A stretch of DNA of 64,000 bases from Anolis carolinensis (Eukaryota): positions 30,560,024 through 30,624,023 of the forward strand of contig NC_085845.1 in the NCBI RefSeq assembly GCF_035594765.1, in the 5' to 3' direction. Shown here one piece after another: positions 51,675 to 62,460 of this stretch. Under the pieces are notes generated by a model. It did not search any database, was not told the DNA's origin, and worked only from the letters and a program-made list of their open reading frames with translations. The translations under genes were made by a program, and so were the position numbers. How positions within the stretch are numbered: position 1 is the first letter of the stretch; each line of letters begins with the position of its first letter.

Positions 51675-52208
51675 TTATTCATCTTCATCTGCCTCCACTG
51701 GAAATTCATTTTTTACAACACCACTTTCAGGTATAGGCAAGGTCACTACTTTTTGCCTCAGTGATGTTTTGGACATGTCAAAGCTGGTCTCAAAAAAATT
51801 CTCAGATTGTCCATCTTGTTTGTGCATTAACAGCTGGTAGTTTCCAAAGCAAACCAAGCATCTCTGTGGAAGGATAATCTTGTTCAGGTAGGCCAATTCA
51901 ACATCGTCAACAGTTAGCTTGACTCTCTTACTCAAATTCTTAATCTCAAAAGCAAACTCAGAGCTGCCAAAGGGTCTAAAAAGCTGGAGGGCAAACTGAA
52001 TACGTGAAACTTGTGTGTCTACAAATTGAAAATGGCAAATGTCACGGTTTCTTCCAAACTTAACAAACTCATCCACTGTCAGCTGCTGTCGCTGGCAGAA
52101 CTTTATGGCACGGAATACTTGCTTTTTGTCTTGTTCTGGATGGTAGACAGTGAGATTGAGAGAGGTTATGGTCTCTTCAGTATCTGCAGTCTCAAACGCA
52201 GTCGCCAT
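51675..52208 (-). CDS. TIFA: TRAF-interacting protein with FHA domain A, copy 2 (177 aa; true start is the ATG at 52208, not 52265)
   Basis: Colinear with copy 1 without gaps (about 79% aa identity). FETADTEET, VKFGRN, VSRIQF, EIKN, PIPE, PVEADE. The splice acceptor ttccttctag at 52229 lies inside the ORF-track extension. Confidence 0.94.
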   Translation of the reverse strand: MATAFETADTEETITSLNLTVYHPEQDKKQVFRAIKFCQRQQLTVDEFVKFGRNRDICHFQFVDTQVSRIQFALQLFRPFGSSEFAFEIKNLSKRVKLTVDDVELAYLNKIILPQRCLVCFGNYQLLMHKQDGQSENFFETSFDMSKTSLRQKVVTLPIPESGVVKNEFPVEADEDE

Positions 52209-53360
52209 TGGCTGTAGTTCAGAAAATCCTAGAAGGAAAAAAAAATAGCTTGGCAATTGAAGCATTGACCTGCAGCTTCTCTAGAAGTGTGTTGTTTCAA
52301 GTACAGACTGGAAACATTACTTTTCTGGTTCTTGAGCTAGTAGGGTTTTTATTTCAAGGACTAATTTTAGTCCCTTATATTCCTCATGTGAGCAAGGTAA
52401 ATCTATGGTAAGTGACAATGAGGCGGCTAATGTTTAGTCCTATCTCCAAAATTACATCATTCTTGTAACCCTTACTACTAACAAGCTTGGTATAACATTT
52501 GAAGCATGGATGTCATATTGAATTTGAATGCTGTTTGGACTTAATTGTTTTGTGCTGTCAAGTTGACTCTAACCTATAGCAATCCTCTCCTAGGGATTTC
52601 TTGGCAAGCTTTATTTAAAGGAGAGATGCTACTAGTGTCTCTTGGTTGGACCCCTGTATGGATAATTAAGGCCTCCTCAAAACTAGACTGGAGTAGCTGA
52701 GTACCACTTTGCCAAAATGATCAACCAAAATTTGACTGCCATGTGATTTAGCTCTCTCAGGAATTATTAATCTTGGGGAGAGAGGGCAGTCTATAAATAA
52801 AGTATTTATTTTATTTAATCTAAAATGTACTAAATTATCATTATTTTACTAATGCTTTTCAGGCTACTCACATTGCAACATACTTCACTTAGAAGAGGGC
52901 TTCTAATGTAACAAATTATGTTGCCACCATTTTGTAAAAACACATTTTGAGTAATTAGAAGGAAAAACCACTTATCTCTCAGTGTTAAGCCCACCCGCCC
53001 AACATATTTTAAAGTACAGCATTTGCTCTAGACTAAGGCAAGTAGGCAGTATTTCATTGGAACAATTTATTTTCCCCTTTCTTTCATCCCATTGCAAAAT
53101 AGATATCTGAATCTTTGATTTTAAAGGGTTTTGGACCTTGTAACACCCCCTGTGAAGAGAGACACCAGCATTAAACCTAGCTCAAACAGACAAGCAAGTC
53201 TGAGCTTGGAAAAATTACTTTTTTGGGCTGGAGTTCCCAAAATACCTTTCCAAAAAATACCCCAAGATCTAAGATAAACAATAAGCAAGAAGGTGGTGGG
53301 TAGGATGGATAGCATACTTTGGGTCCCTCTTAATCTTGTTTGCTTTTCTCGCTCACTTAC

Positions 53361-53470
53361 CTTTGCAAGACGACTTCCAAAATCAGCCAGAAAAATCAGG
53401 TGAATGAAAATGCCTGTTAAAACGTAGTGTTGATTTCTGGGCTGTTGCTTTCAGGTCCTGCTTAGGAAAT
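53361..53470 (-). other. TIFA: Non-coding exon 1 of TIFA copy 2 (5' end approximate)
   Basis: Minus-strand donor CAAAG|GTAAGT at 53361/53360; paralogous to 43365-43480. Confidence 0.7.
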
Positions 53471-53494
53471 CAGCAACATTGAGCCTGAACCTCC

Positions 53495-53588
53495 TTTATA
53501 TTTTCCCACCTCTGGAAGAGAGGAGGGGGAGATGAATGTTATCAGTTGTTATCACACATTCATCACTTATGTTTGTTGAGGAATTCCC
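53495..53588 (-). promoter_or_regulatory. TIFA copy 2 proximal promoter: TATA box plus kB-like site
   Basis: TATAAA on - at 53500-53495; GGGAATTCCT on - at 53588-53579. Confidence 0.6.
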
Positions 53589-53705
53589 TTCTTTTTTATT
53601 GAGTGAGGCACGTAGGACAAATAGGGAGAGAGCAAAGTCCAAGAGATAAGGAGATAAATTAACAGTAAAGGATGAGATCATAATATAGACTGATTTTTTT
53701 TAATA

Positions 53706-53985
53706 CAGTACGGCAGAATGTTGGATAAGCGACTATGTTGGAAAATAAGGAGAGATTAAGAAAAAGCCTCTTAAACATCAAAATAGGTTATGATTTTACA
53801 AATTAAGCACCAAAACATCATGTTATACAACAAATTTGACAGAAAAAGTAGTTCATTACACGTTAATGCTATGTAGTAATTACTGTATTTACGAATTTAG
53901 CACCAAAATATCATGATATATTGAAAACATTGACTACAAAAATGCTTTGGATAATCCAGAACGTTGGATAAGTGAGACTCTACTG
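53706..53985 (+). mobile_element. Tc1/pogo-type MITE, copy C (left TIR partly deleted)
   Basis: Interior highly similar to copy A; TA flanks. Confidence 0.88.
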
Positions 53986-54129
53986 TACATGTTTTTGATG
54001 TTATTGAGTGCTATCAAGTCAGCTTTGGTTTGTAATGTACATAAGAGACCTCCCAGAGAACCTGTTATTACCAACTCCTGTACACTAAAGACCATGGCTT
54101 CCTTAAAGTCACTAATGTGGTCTCTTTTT

Positions 54130-54860
54130 TGTTTGATCCAGTAGAAATCTTCTTATAGCCTCTTTCGTATTAAACCTGTTGATGCATATTGTTATATCCT
54201 TCTTTTCACTGAGCCCATTTACAACAGTTCTTACATATTAACACTCTTTCAACTCGGGAAACTAAGAGTGCATGGTATTTGACTATACCTAATGCATTGT
54301 TGCAAATTGGCACTGACTTTTCAATAAGTTCCCTTCTTGAGCACTGTTTGAAAGCCACCTTATTATCTTTCTGAGAATCTGGTTTTTCAAACAGTTCTTC
54401 ACCACAGCCCTCTTCTCACTTTATGTACCTTTCTTGCAGAGTGACTTACAGGAAATGTTTGGTTTCAAGTGAGGAGGGCCCACCTCTTTCTGAATACTGC
54501 TGATTTTATTGCTTTATTGTTGGTATCTACTCTGCCAGGAAGAGTTGAATCATATTGTCACTTTTTGAGGAGTCAACGATTTATTGTTGAAAGAATGTTT
54601 GTTTATTACTCCATCCTGTAGAGAAGATCTTAAATTCGACTCCTAGTATGGTCATGTATGCTACCTTGTAGAGTTTTAGATCTTGGAAACACTTGGTTTT
54701 TTACAAGGTCAAGAAGCCCATAAGAGGAACTTTCCCAAGCTCTGCAGCAGGCATCCTTCTATTTGAAGTACAGATTGGTGGGTAGTTCGAGGGTATAGTG
54801 TTTTCTTTTCAGAACAGAGTTGCAATCTGGCAATATGGCTCACTCTAAAATCCACATTCA
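54130..54860 (+). repeat. Paralogue of 46335-47340 (TIFA upstream region)
   Basis: Shared blocks tgttgatgcat, ttgcaaattggc, ttattgttggtatcta.tctgccaggaagagtt, ggaactttccc and ccttctatttgaagta. Confidence 0.85.
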
Positions 54861-55323
54861 CCTATTCACTCTTTCTTGGTGTTGCATTATTTATTTTTGG
54901 CTATGCATAGGTGGCCGTGGTCAATTCCAGGTGGTGCTGGAAAGGCTGCTTTTTTAAGCCATAGAGATCCACTCCTACATGATATAGACCTGAGGTCCTC
55001 AAGGTAAAGATATCTATGAATACCTTCCTTGAAACCCATCTGTTTTTTTTACTGTCTTTTATTTATTTATTTATTTATTTATTTATAACAGGAAATTTGT
55101 CGTTCTGCAAAACAAAACACCGGCCTCCTCAGAGGCATTTTTAATGTTTAAGGAAGCTTCTGCCTCCCATCTCCACAGTAAAAATGGCACTGGGCTACAA
55201 CCAAGTGCTTCCTATAGAAATGAACCCAGCCACTAGAGACCTATTCACACTTCCAAAATTATAGCACTATTATTATTATTATTATTAGTAGTAGTAGTAG
55301 AAGTAGGAATAGTATTACTATTA

Positions 55324-55646
55324 CAGTAGAGTCTCACTTATCCAACATAAACGGGCCGACAGAACGTTGGATAAGCGAATATGTTAGATAATAAGGAGGG
55401 ATTGAGGAAAAGCCTATTAAACATCAAATTAGGTTATGATTTTACAAATTAAACACCAAAACATCATGTAATACAACAAATTTGACATAAAAAGTAGTTC
55501 AATATGAAGTAATGTTACGTAGTTATTACTGTATTTATGAATTTAGCACCAAAATATCATGATGTATTGAAAACATTGACTACAAAAATGTGTTGGATAA
55601 TCCAGAACGTTGGATAAGTGAGTGTTGGATAAGTGAGACTCTACTG
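55324..55646 (+). mobile_element. Tc1/pogo-type MITE, copy D
   Basis: Full cagtagagtctcacttatccaac TIRs, TA TSD. Confidence 0.9.
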
Positions 55647-56129
55647 TATATGGTTCTGACCTATACAATCCTGGGATTGGCCATTGAGGAATCTCAAATC
55701 ACAAATCCACAAATTCCTCAAATAAGTTGGAAGCATGGCATTTGGATCTCTGGTAAAACAAATGGTTGAGGTTATGTGAGGAAATAGAATCCTCCTTTCA
55801 ACTGTAGCCTATCCTACAATAGGTTGGACTATGACCAGTAATCCATTCTAACAGGTCTTTATCTTGAACCCAGATCTTGAAAGAGTGGCCCAGGATTCTC
55901 TTGGAGGGTTGGAGGGAAAGAGGAAGAAATCCGTAGAGTAGAAGATTTAGAAGGGGCCACAAAGGGCATTTTGCCCTTTGTTATACATAGTGCTCTATGT
56001 TACTCCAAAGCATGTGTGTGATATGCACACATACACACATTGATTTCCCCTTAAATAAAACTCAAAGGGACTAGGGGGGAAGGGAGTGAGTGGGTGGTAT
56101 ATGTATAATTATTTATTTAAGCATCACCA

Positions 56130-56335
56130 GTAGGCTATCCAGTTTGTCAGTTGAAATAACAGTCTGGTTTGCTGTTTGAATTTTAAGTTGTAAGTGTAAT
56201 TTTTTTCTGCTTTGAAATTCTTTGAAAATATTTGAGGAATTCTATTGAGTCAGTTCTTGGGATTTCAAAGTTTCATTAGAGTTCTTAATCTAAGGCAGTT
56301 TTATTTCTTTGAATTTTGATATTGGCAATTTCAGT
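56130..56335 (+). repeat. Third fragment paralogous to the AP1AR 3'UTR (about 33625-33860)
   Basis: Blocks gtttgtcagtt, tggtttgct, tgaattttaa.ttgtaagtg.aatttttt and ttaatctaaggc occur in both places in the same order. Confidence 0.8.
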
Positions 56336-57368
56336 TTGCCTGGACTCTGAGTGTGTTTTGCTGGGGGGAATGAATGGATGTTACATGTTTTGTTTTTGGT
56401 ATCACCAATATGCCATCTATTTAAATAGATATGGGTTTTGTCCTTCATGGAGGCCCAGTCCTCTCTTCTGCATTGCACTCAATATTGCAACCTGAGTTAC
56501 TCGTCTGAAATGTCTGTTGGTGCAAAAAAAGTGTCAGTTCAAGGAATGGTTTGGTAGTATGGAGCTCAGACTTCACCTCTAGATGGCAATGTTGTATCAG
56601 CCAAGCTTTGATATCTTGAAGTGCCTATGGTTTGCTTGTTCTTTTGAAGGATTTAGCTGGTAATAAGAAACTGATCCTGCACGTGATTGCCTTTGTGTGC
56701 ATAAGTAATCTCACTGAATTTGACAGGGCTACTCACGTTTTGACAAGATCAGGGTTGAAAGTTCTGGGCTGACAACCATGGAGACTAAATCCTCTGTTCA
56801 CCCGCAGAGCAGGTGCAGAGGCAGCAACGGCAGATGCAACACAAACTCCTTCTTCTTCATTCTCCAGCAAAGACCATAGTGAGATTGTGACCATAATTGT
56901 TTTTGAAAGTTGGGAAATAACAGAACTGAGGAATTATACTCTTCCCCCCAGAGTGAGCAACAAGTGAGGTGTTGCATTGGAAATAGGAGAGAGCAATCCA
57001 AAGGAGGGGACAGTTATAAAACCAAAACTTGATTTAAAAGATTTACTAATTCAAAATGAGAGAATAAGAAAGCCATTAATCCTAATACAAGGAGAACAGA
57101 GTCTTTTCTAAGCATTACTACCAATGAAACAAAAGAAGTGTATTAATTGTATTTTTAAGTGTTCAAGTTGTCCTGTCCCATATTATTCACTGTACACCCC
57201 ACTGAGTATAATTGGATTTATTCCATGTAAGTGTGCATGAGATTGCAACCGTCGTGAAACATTTTTGTGTTCAACTTGAAGGTACAGAGTGTTAAAACAT
57301 TAGGTGGCTTTTCCCTTTTGTGAATATTTCATAATCTTGAATAAAAAAATCTATCTCCTCTTCACTCA

Positions 57369-57516
57369 GGGTCCTTCCACACAGCCCTATATCCCAGAAT
57401 ATCAAGGCAGAAAATTCCACAATATCTGCTTTGAACTGGGTTGTCTGAGTCCACACTCAGATAATGTGGGATTTTCTGTCATGATATTCTGGGATATAGG
57501 ACAGTGTGGAGGGCCC
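57369..57516. mobile_element. PIF/Harbinger-like MITE
   Basis: gggtccttccacac / gtgtggagggccc TIRs; 3-bp TSD TCA. Confidence 0.82.
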
Positions 57517-57674
57517 TCAGCGGTCAGATGAATAAGGGAAGAGGTGCTACATTGGAATCACCCGTTCTCATCCTGTTCGTTCCCATTATTTCCCACTTCA
57601 ATACTCCTTTCTCCCAGAAATTCAAAAGAATGTGGGAAGCTGTCTTGTACCAGCTCAAGACTGTTTGTCTAGCT

Positions 57675-58301
57675 CGGTGGTTCCCGACCTGTGATTCGTG
57701 GACCATCAGTGGTCCCCAAAAACTAAAATATGGTTCGCAGCATCACCCTTACTACACCATTGCAATGAGAGTGACTAGTCTTGCAAAAACCTCTTATAGT
57801 GTTGAGGCAACGGGAATGTCAGAAGGGGAGAGGCTGACTACCCTCAAGAGGCGCAACAGCAAGCCTCCTGACTCCTGCTGCTTCTCTTCCTCCCTCCCTC
57901 CCCCTGAGCAGTGCTGTTCCATGTGGTGCCTGGAAGTGGGAGCGCCTTGGTGTCTTCATTTTTAGGCTTATTCCTGGTGTTATTTGGGATGCTGATTCAG
58001 AAAATTGCATTGGATAGACCACATCAGCTCTAGTTTCTGATACACACCATATGCTATCCAGTAGTCACCATCTGCTTGCCCACAGAAAACCATATTTAAT
58101 AATCTAGATAATAATAATTAATATTATTCTGCAGAGTTTAGAGTTTAGTCTAGATATTAATAATTTAATAATCAGCACCCCAAGTAACAGAACCAAATCT
58201 AATGCTGACCAAAAACTGATTCGTAACCCTTTTGGTTCTAATGTTGGAGAGTGGTCCCTGGTCAAGTGGTCCCCTGGTCAAAAAAAGGTTGAGAACCATT
58301 G
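57675..58301. mobile_element. hAT non-autonomous element
   Basis: cggtggttccc / gagaaccattg TIRs; TSD gtctagct/ttctagct; related fragment at 44271-44420. Confidence 0.8.
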
Positions 58302-60452
58302 TTCTAGCTAGCTTAGCGGTGCAGACCCAAATTGGTAGCAGGACTTCAGGGTTTCTGGCTGAGGTTTTTCTCAGCCAGCTCTGCAGAAATATTTCAAGCA
58401 TAGAAGTGGGACTCTGCCAAATGCAAAGCATGTACTCTGTCATGGAGCTATAGCCCTTTATGCAGATGTGGTAGATATTTCCTTTTAGTACATTGACAGT
58501 TAGGCTCATGTTTATCTTGTGGGCCTTTCAGAAGCATTTGGGTGGCCATTGTGGGAAACAAGATGTTACTGAAAATTAAAGCTTCCCATGATGGTTGAGA
58601 AAAAGCCATTTTGGGGGGAATCCTGGGATTTGTAATACAAAGAAGTAATTTCTCAATCTCCGGAGCACATCAAATAGTACTGTTATGTTCTTATCAAACA
58701 AATAACTCTTTCATTTTTAACTAGAATCAGAGAAAGAGATAGGTGGACAGATAGATATTTTGCCCTTTAGCTTTTCACCGCCCAAACTAAATTGCAAATA
58801 ACAACAACAACAACAACACAATAGCTAAATAAACTGTCTTTTGTTGGGAAATATGAATTATGAACAAAAAGGCACTGAGTTTGGTAAGTAATGATGAATA
58901 ATAACGTATTGGTAGCTTGGGAACAAAGAAATTGGGGAGAAACAGAAGATTAGATGCAATGGTGGAAGGGCTGCACTTCAATGACAAACCACATGCTTTG
59001 CGGTCAAAAGACTCTTAAGTCAATCTCTAACATTGCAACTATAGATAGAAAAGACTGTGGAGAGCTACTGCCAACCCTCAGACTAGAGGTGGAACCCTGT
59101 GTTACTCCAAATGTGGTACTCCTTCTCTCATCCCTCACCACTGATCAAGTTGGCTGAGGGATTGATGGGAATTTGAGCCTTTCAGCATCTAAGGAGCCAT
59201 TGGTTCCCCCTTCTTGTATAACATTCTGAGTGGATAGACTTTGTAAAATACAGCATTCAGAAAGAAGGTACATTCTAACCAGTAACAGCAGAATTCAAAC
59301 CTATTAAAACAAACAACTCAAACCTGCAGTGTATTTTGATGTCCATTATTGTGTCTTTCAAAAATGCATTCAACATGATATTTCATATCTAGTTATATCA
59401 CAAATGGTGTCAGTAATTAAATGGATTAGCAATAAAACAATGTGCTGGTATATGAAGGGAAATAATCTACTGCAGATATACATCGCTGTGAAAATCCTAG
59501 TATATAATTTATGATCTGTCTCATATGATATGGCTGTTACCCTTTTAGTCCTCATGGGCAGCTGTGATCATCAAAAGAGTTCCTGTTCATAGGAGTAAGC
59601 AAGTTAAATTAAGAGCCTGGCTGAATTCTATCTGCTGAGTCTGACTTTAATGCTTTTGCTGAATTCTTTCTCTACACTATATTGTCATTTGGGTACAGTG
59701 ATTGTGCAAGCATTTTTGGCAATATTTAAAATATTTAGAAAGCACTTTAGAATATTTAGAAAGCAGTTACATTGCCATTCTCAAACTGAACAATGTATAT
59801 ATATTTGACGGAACTGTAAAAACTAACACATTTTATTTGGCATTGCTTTTTTTGGAACACAACTCACTTCACTAGATGTATATTGTATAGTCTCTGCTTG
59901 CCAATATTTGCACTTGCCATAGGATTTTGTGGAGAGGAATTAAGGGGAATGTAAGTGTAAACAGTAGTGCCAACAAATGATGATCTTGGCAGAGGTTGCT
60001 CATTTTGTTTAAACCTTTTCTGGAACCAGGGTGTTCTCTGTATTTTCCTTCCATCCTAACTCGAAGGTGAGAGAGCTGTGTAATTTAACAGATAATTACT
60101 TTCTTTCTATATCTGTTTATTTTATTTATGGGCAACATACATAATAAAATATCATAATAAAACATGTAATCAAACTTAAAATCACTTAAAATCTAAAAGC
60201 AGCTCTCTAAACTGGAAGGGAAAAATTAGATAAATATCGGAATAACACATTTCTACAAAAATAAAAAAATATTTGCCCGATAATAAGAAAGTCAACTAAG
60301 TTGGTGTCAAGCAGACCTCTGTGAAGAAAGCATACCTCACAATCTAGGTGCCACCACAGGGAAGGCCTACTCTGGAGATGCCGCCTATCAGATCTCAGTA
60401 CAGTTCTGTTTCTCCTCTAATTCCCAAAATACATACAATGCATACCACTGCT

Positions 60453-60714
60453 GGAGCCCCCGGTGGCACAATGGGTTAAATCCTTGTGCCGGCAGGACTT
60501 CTGACTGACAGGTCAGCAGTTCGAATCTGGAGAGAGCGGGTGAGCTTCCTCTGTCAGCTCCAGCTCCCCATGAAGGGACATGAGAGAAGCCTCCCACAAG
60601 GATGGTAAAACATCAAACAACCAGGCATCCCCTGGGCAACATCCTTGCAAACAGCCAATTTTCTCACACCAGAAGTGACTTGCAGTTTCTCAAGTCGCTC
60701 CTGACACACAAAAA
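60453..60714 (+). mobile_element. tRNA-derived SINE (family of 37871)
   Basis: Box A/B motifs, A-tail, TSD ataccact(g/a)ct. Confidence 0.85.
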
Positions 60715-60934
60715 ATACCACTACTACCTTGGGCAAGGACAGACCTAACTTTGCTGACCTGGCCAGTGTCTCCTGAGATGGTTCCCTGATTGAGTCCCTG
60801 TGTTTGCTCATAGCAGAAAGCTCAGAATATAAAATCTTACACAAATACCAGGTGAATGGGACAGACATTTTGAAGTCTTTACAAAGCAGGGGGGGGGGAT
60901 CAGAAAAACAATGTTTAAAAATGTACTTAGGCAA

Positions 60935-61801
60935 TCCCTCGTAGCTCGAGGAGGATTGTCTTCCATCTCTGGTGTCTTGGGGGTGGGTTCCTAGGTGGCT
61001 GAAGAGACCTATTCTTGATCCGCATGTTCTCCCGCAGTGAGGACATCAGTTTCCAGGTGGAAGGCGGTCCCGGCTTGACGGGCCTTCCTCTTGGCACGTT
61101 TCTCCCTTAAGCCCTCCATTCGTGCCTCTTCGAACTCCACAGCACTGCTGGTCACAGCTGACCTCCAATTAGAGCGCTCAAGGGCCAGGGCTTCCCAGTT
61201 CTCAGTGTCTATGCCACAGTTTTTAAGGTTGGCTTTAAGCCCATCTTTAAATCTCTTTTCCTGCCCACCAACATTACGTTTCCCATTCTTGAGTTCGGAG
61301 TAGAGTAGCTGCTTTGGGAGACGGTGATTGGGCATTCGGGCAACGTGGCCAGTCCAGCGGAGTTGATGGCATAGTAGCATCGCTTCAATGCTGGTGGTCT
61401 TTGCTTCCTCAAGCACGCTGACATTTGTCCGCCTGTCTTCCCAAGAGATTTGCAGGATTTTTCTGAGGCAACGCTGATGGAAACGCTCCAGGAGTTGAGT
61501 GTGACGTCTGTAGACCGTCCACGTTTCGCAGGTGTAGAGCAGGGTTGGGAGGACAATGGCTTTGTAAACAAGCACCTTGGTATCTCTACGGATCTTCCGA
61601 TCATCAAACACTCTCTGCTTCATTCTGAAAAATGCTGCACTCGCAGAGCTCAGCCGGTGTTGTATTTCAGTGTCGATGTTGACTTTTGTGGATTGGTGGC
61701 TGCCAAGGTAGCGGAAATGGTCAACGTTTTCTAATGTGACACCATTAAGTTGTATTCCTGGCATTGCAGAGGGATTAGCAGGTGCCTGTTGGAAGAGCAC
61801 C
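60935..61801 (-). mobile_element. RTE-clade LINE, 5'-truncated; C-terminal ORF still largely open
   Basis: LENVDHFRYLGS...KVLVYKAIVLPTLLYTCETWT...LERFHQRCLRKIL...QLRWTGHVARMPNHRLPKQLLYSEL is the typical RTE ORF C-terminus. Confidence 0.92.
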
Positions 61802-62111
61802 AATGTATACCTATTCTAATCTGTGCAGTCTGTTCTACATTCAATTATAGACATCATTTGAATGTAAGTTTATGTTGACTTGCCAAATTCCTATCAATTC
61901 AACAGATCAACTCTAATTGGGATTAACAATTGGATTTAGGTGTATAAATGCACAAGAAGTGCTGGCAATAAAAGGTTGCAGTAAAGTGCTACTGTGTTGG
62001 ATGCCAACCAGTCAGCCATGCCCTTTTCCAGAATACACCATTGCATTTCCCTTCCCCAATGTCCCTGGTTAGGGCAGTGTCAGGATCCTCGCTCTGAAAA
62101 TGAATACATTA

Positions 62112-62460
62112 TAGGCTGTCCCCAAGTTGCAAACAATATGGGTTCTGTAGGTATGTTCTTAAGTTGAATTTGTATGTAAGTCAAAATAGGTACATTTTAA
62201 AGTCCAGCCATATATATTTGTATGACATAGGGAAGAGTTAACACCCCAGGTGGTGTTTGTTTTGCTGTCTGTGCCCCTGTTTAGAAGATTTCGCCTCACT
62301 TTCTGTCCCTGTGACAATTGGATTTTGAAAAATTTGGCTTGTTGTGGAAACGGGTTGGTGATAAAGCTTCAGTGGAAACATTTTTCCATGATAGCTGTTT
62401 CAGCAATGAATTTCCATTCCTAGGGGTAGGCTTCTCACACTTCCTATTGTCTCACCCTTG
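62112..62460. mobile_element. Tc1/Tigger-like DNA element fragment
   Basis: TA-taggctgtccccaagtt terminus; the interior resembles lizard mariner-type MITEs. Confidence 0.4.

Noticed and set aside
51675-52208. Copy 2 as TIFAB, a pseudogene or an assembly duplicate
   Set aside because: It has the T9-equivalent and TRAF6 motif, the ORF is intact, and it is far too diverged from copy 1 (with unit-specific transposons) to be an allelic artefact
52209-52265. 19-aa N-terminal extension of TIFA copy 2 in the ORF track
   Set aside because: It uses a non-ATG start and runs through the polypyrimidine tract and splice acceptor at 52229; the paralog starts at MATAF
58894-58953. ATG AAT AAT AAC GTA TTG GTA GCT resembling the ALPK1 N-terminus (MNNQKVVA)
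   Set aside because: Similarity ends after a few codons, an in-frame stop follows, and there are no suitable splice sites
61009-61803. 264-aa ORF as a host gene
   Set aside because: It is the C-terminal part of an RTE LINE ORF, 5'-truncated
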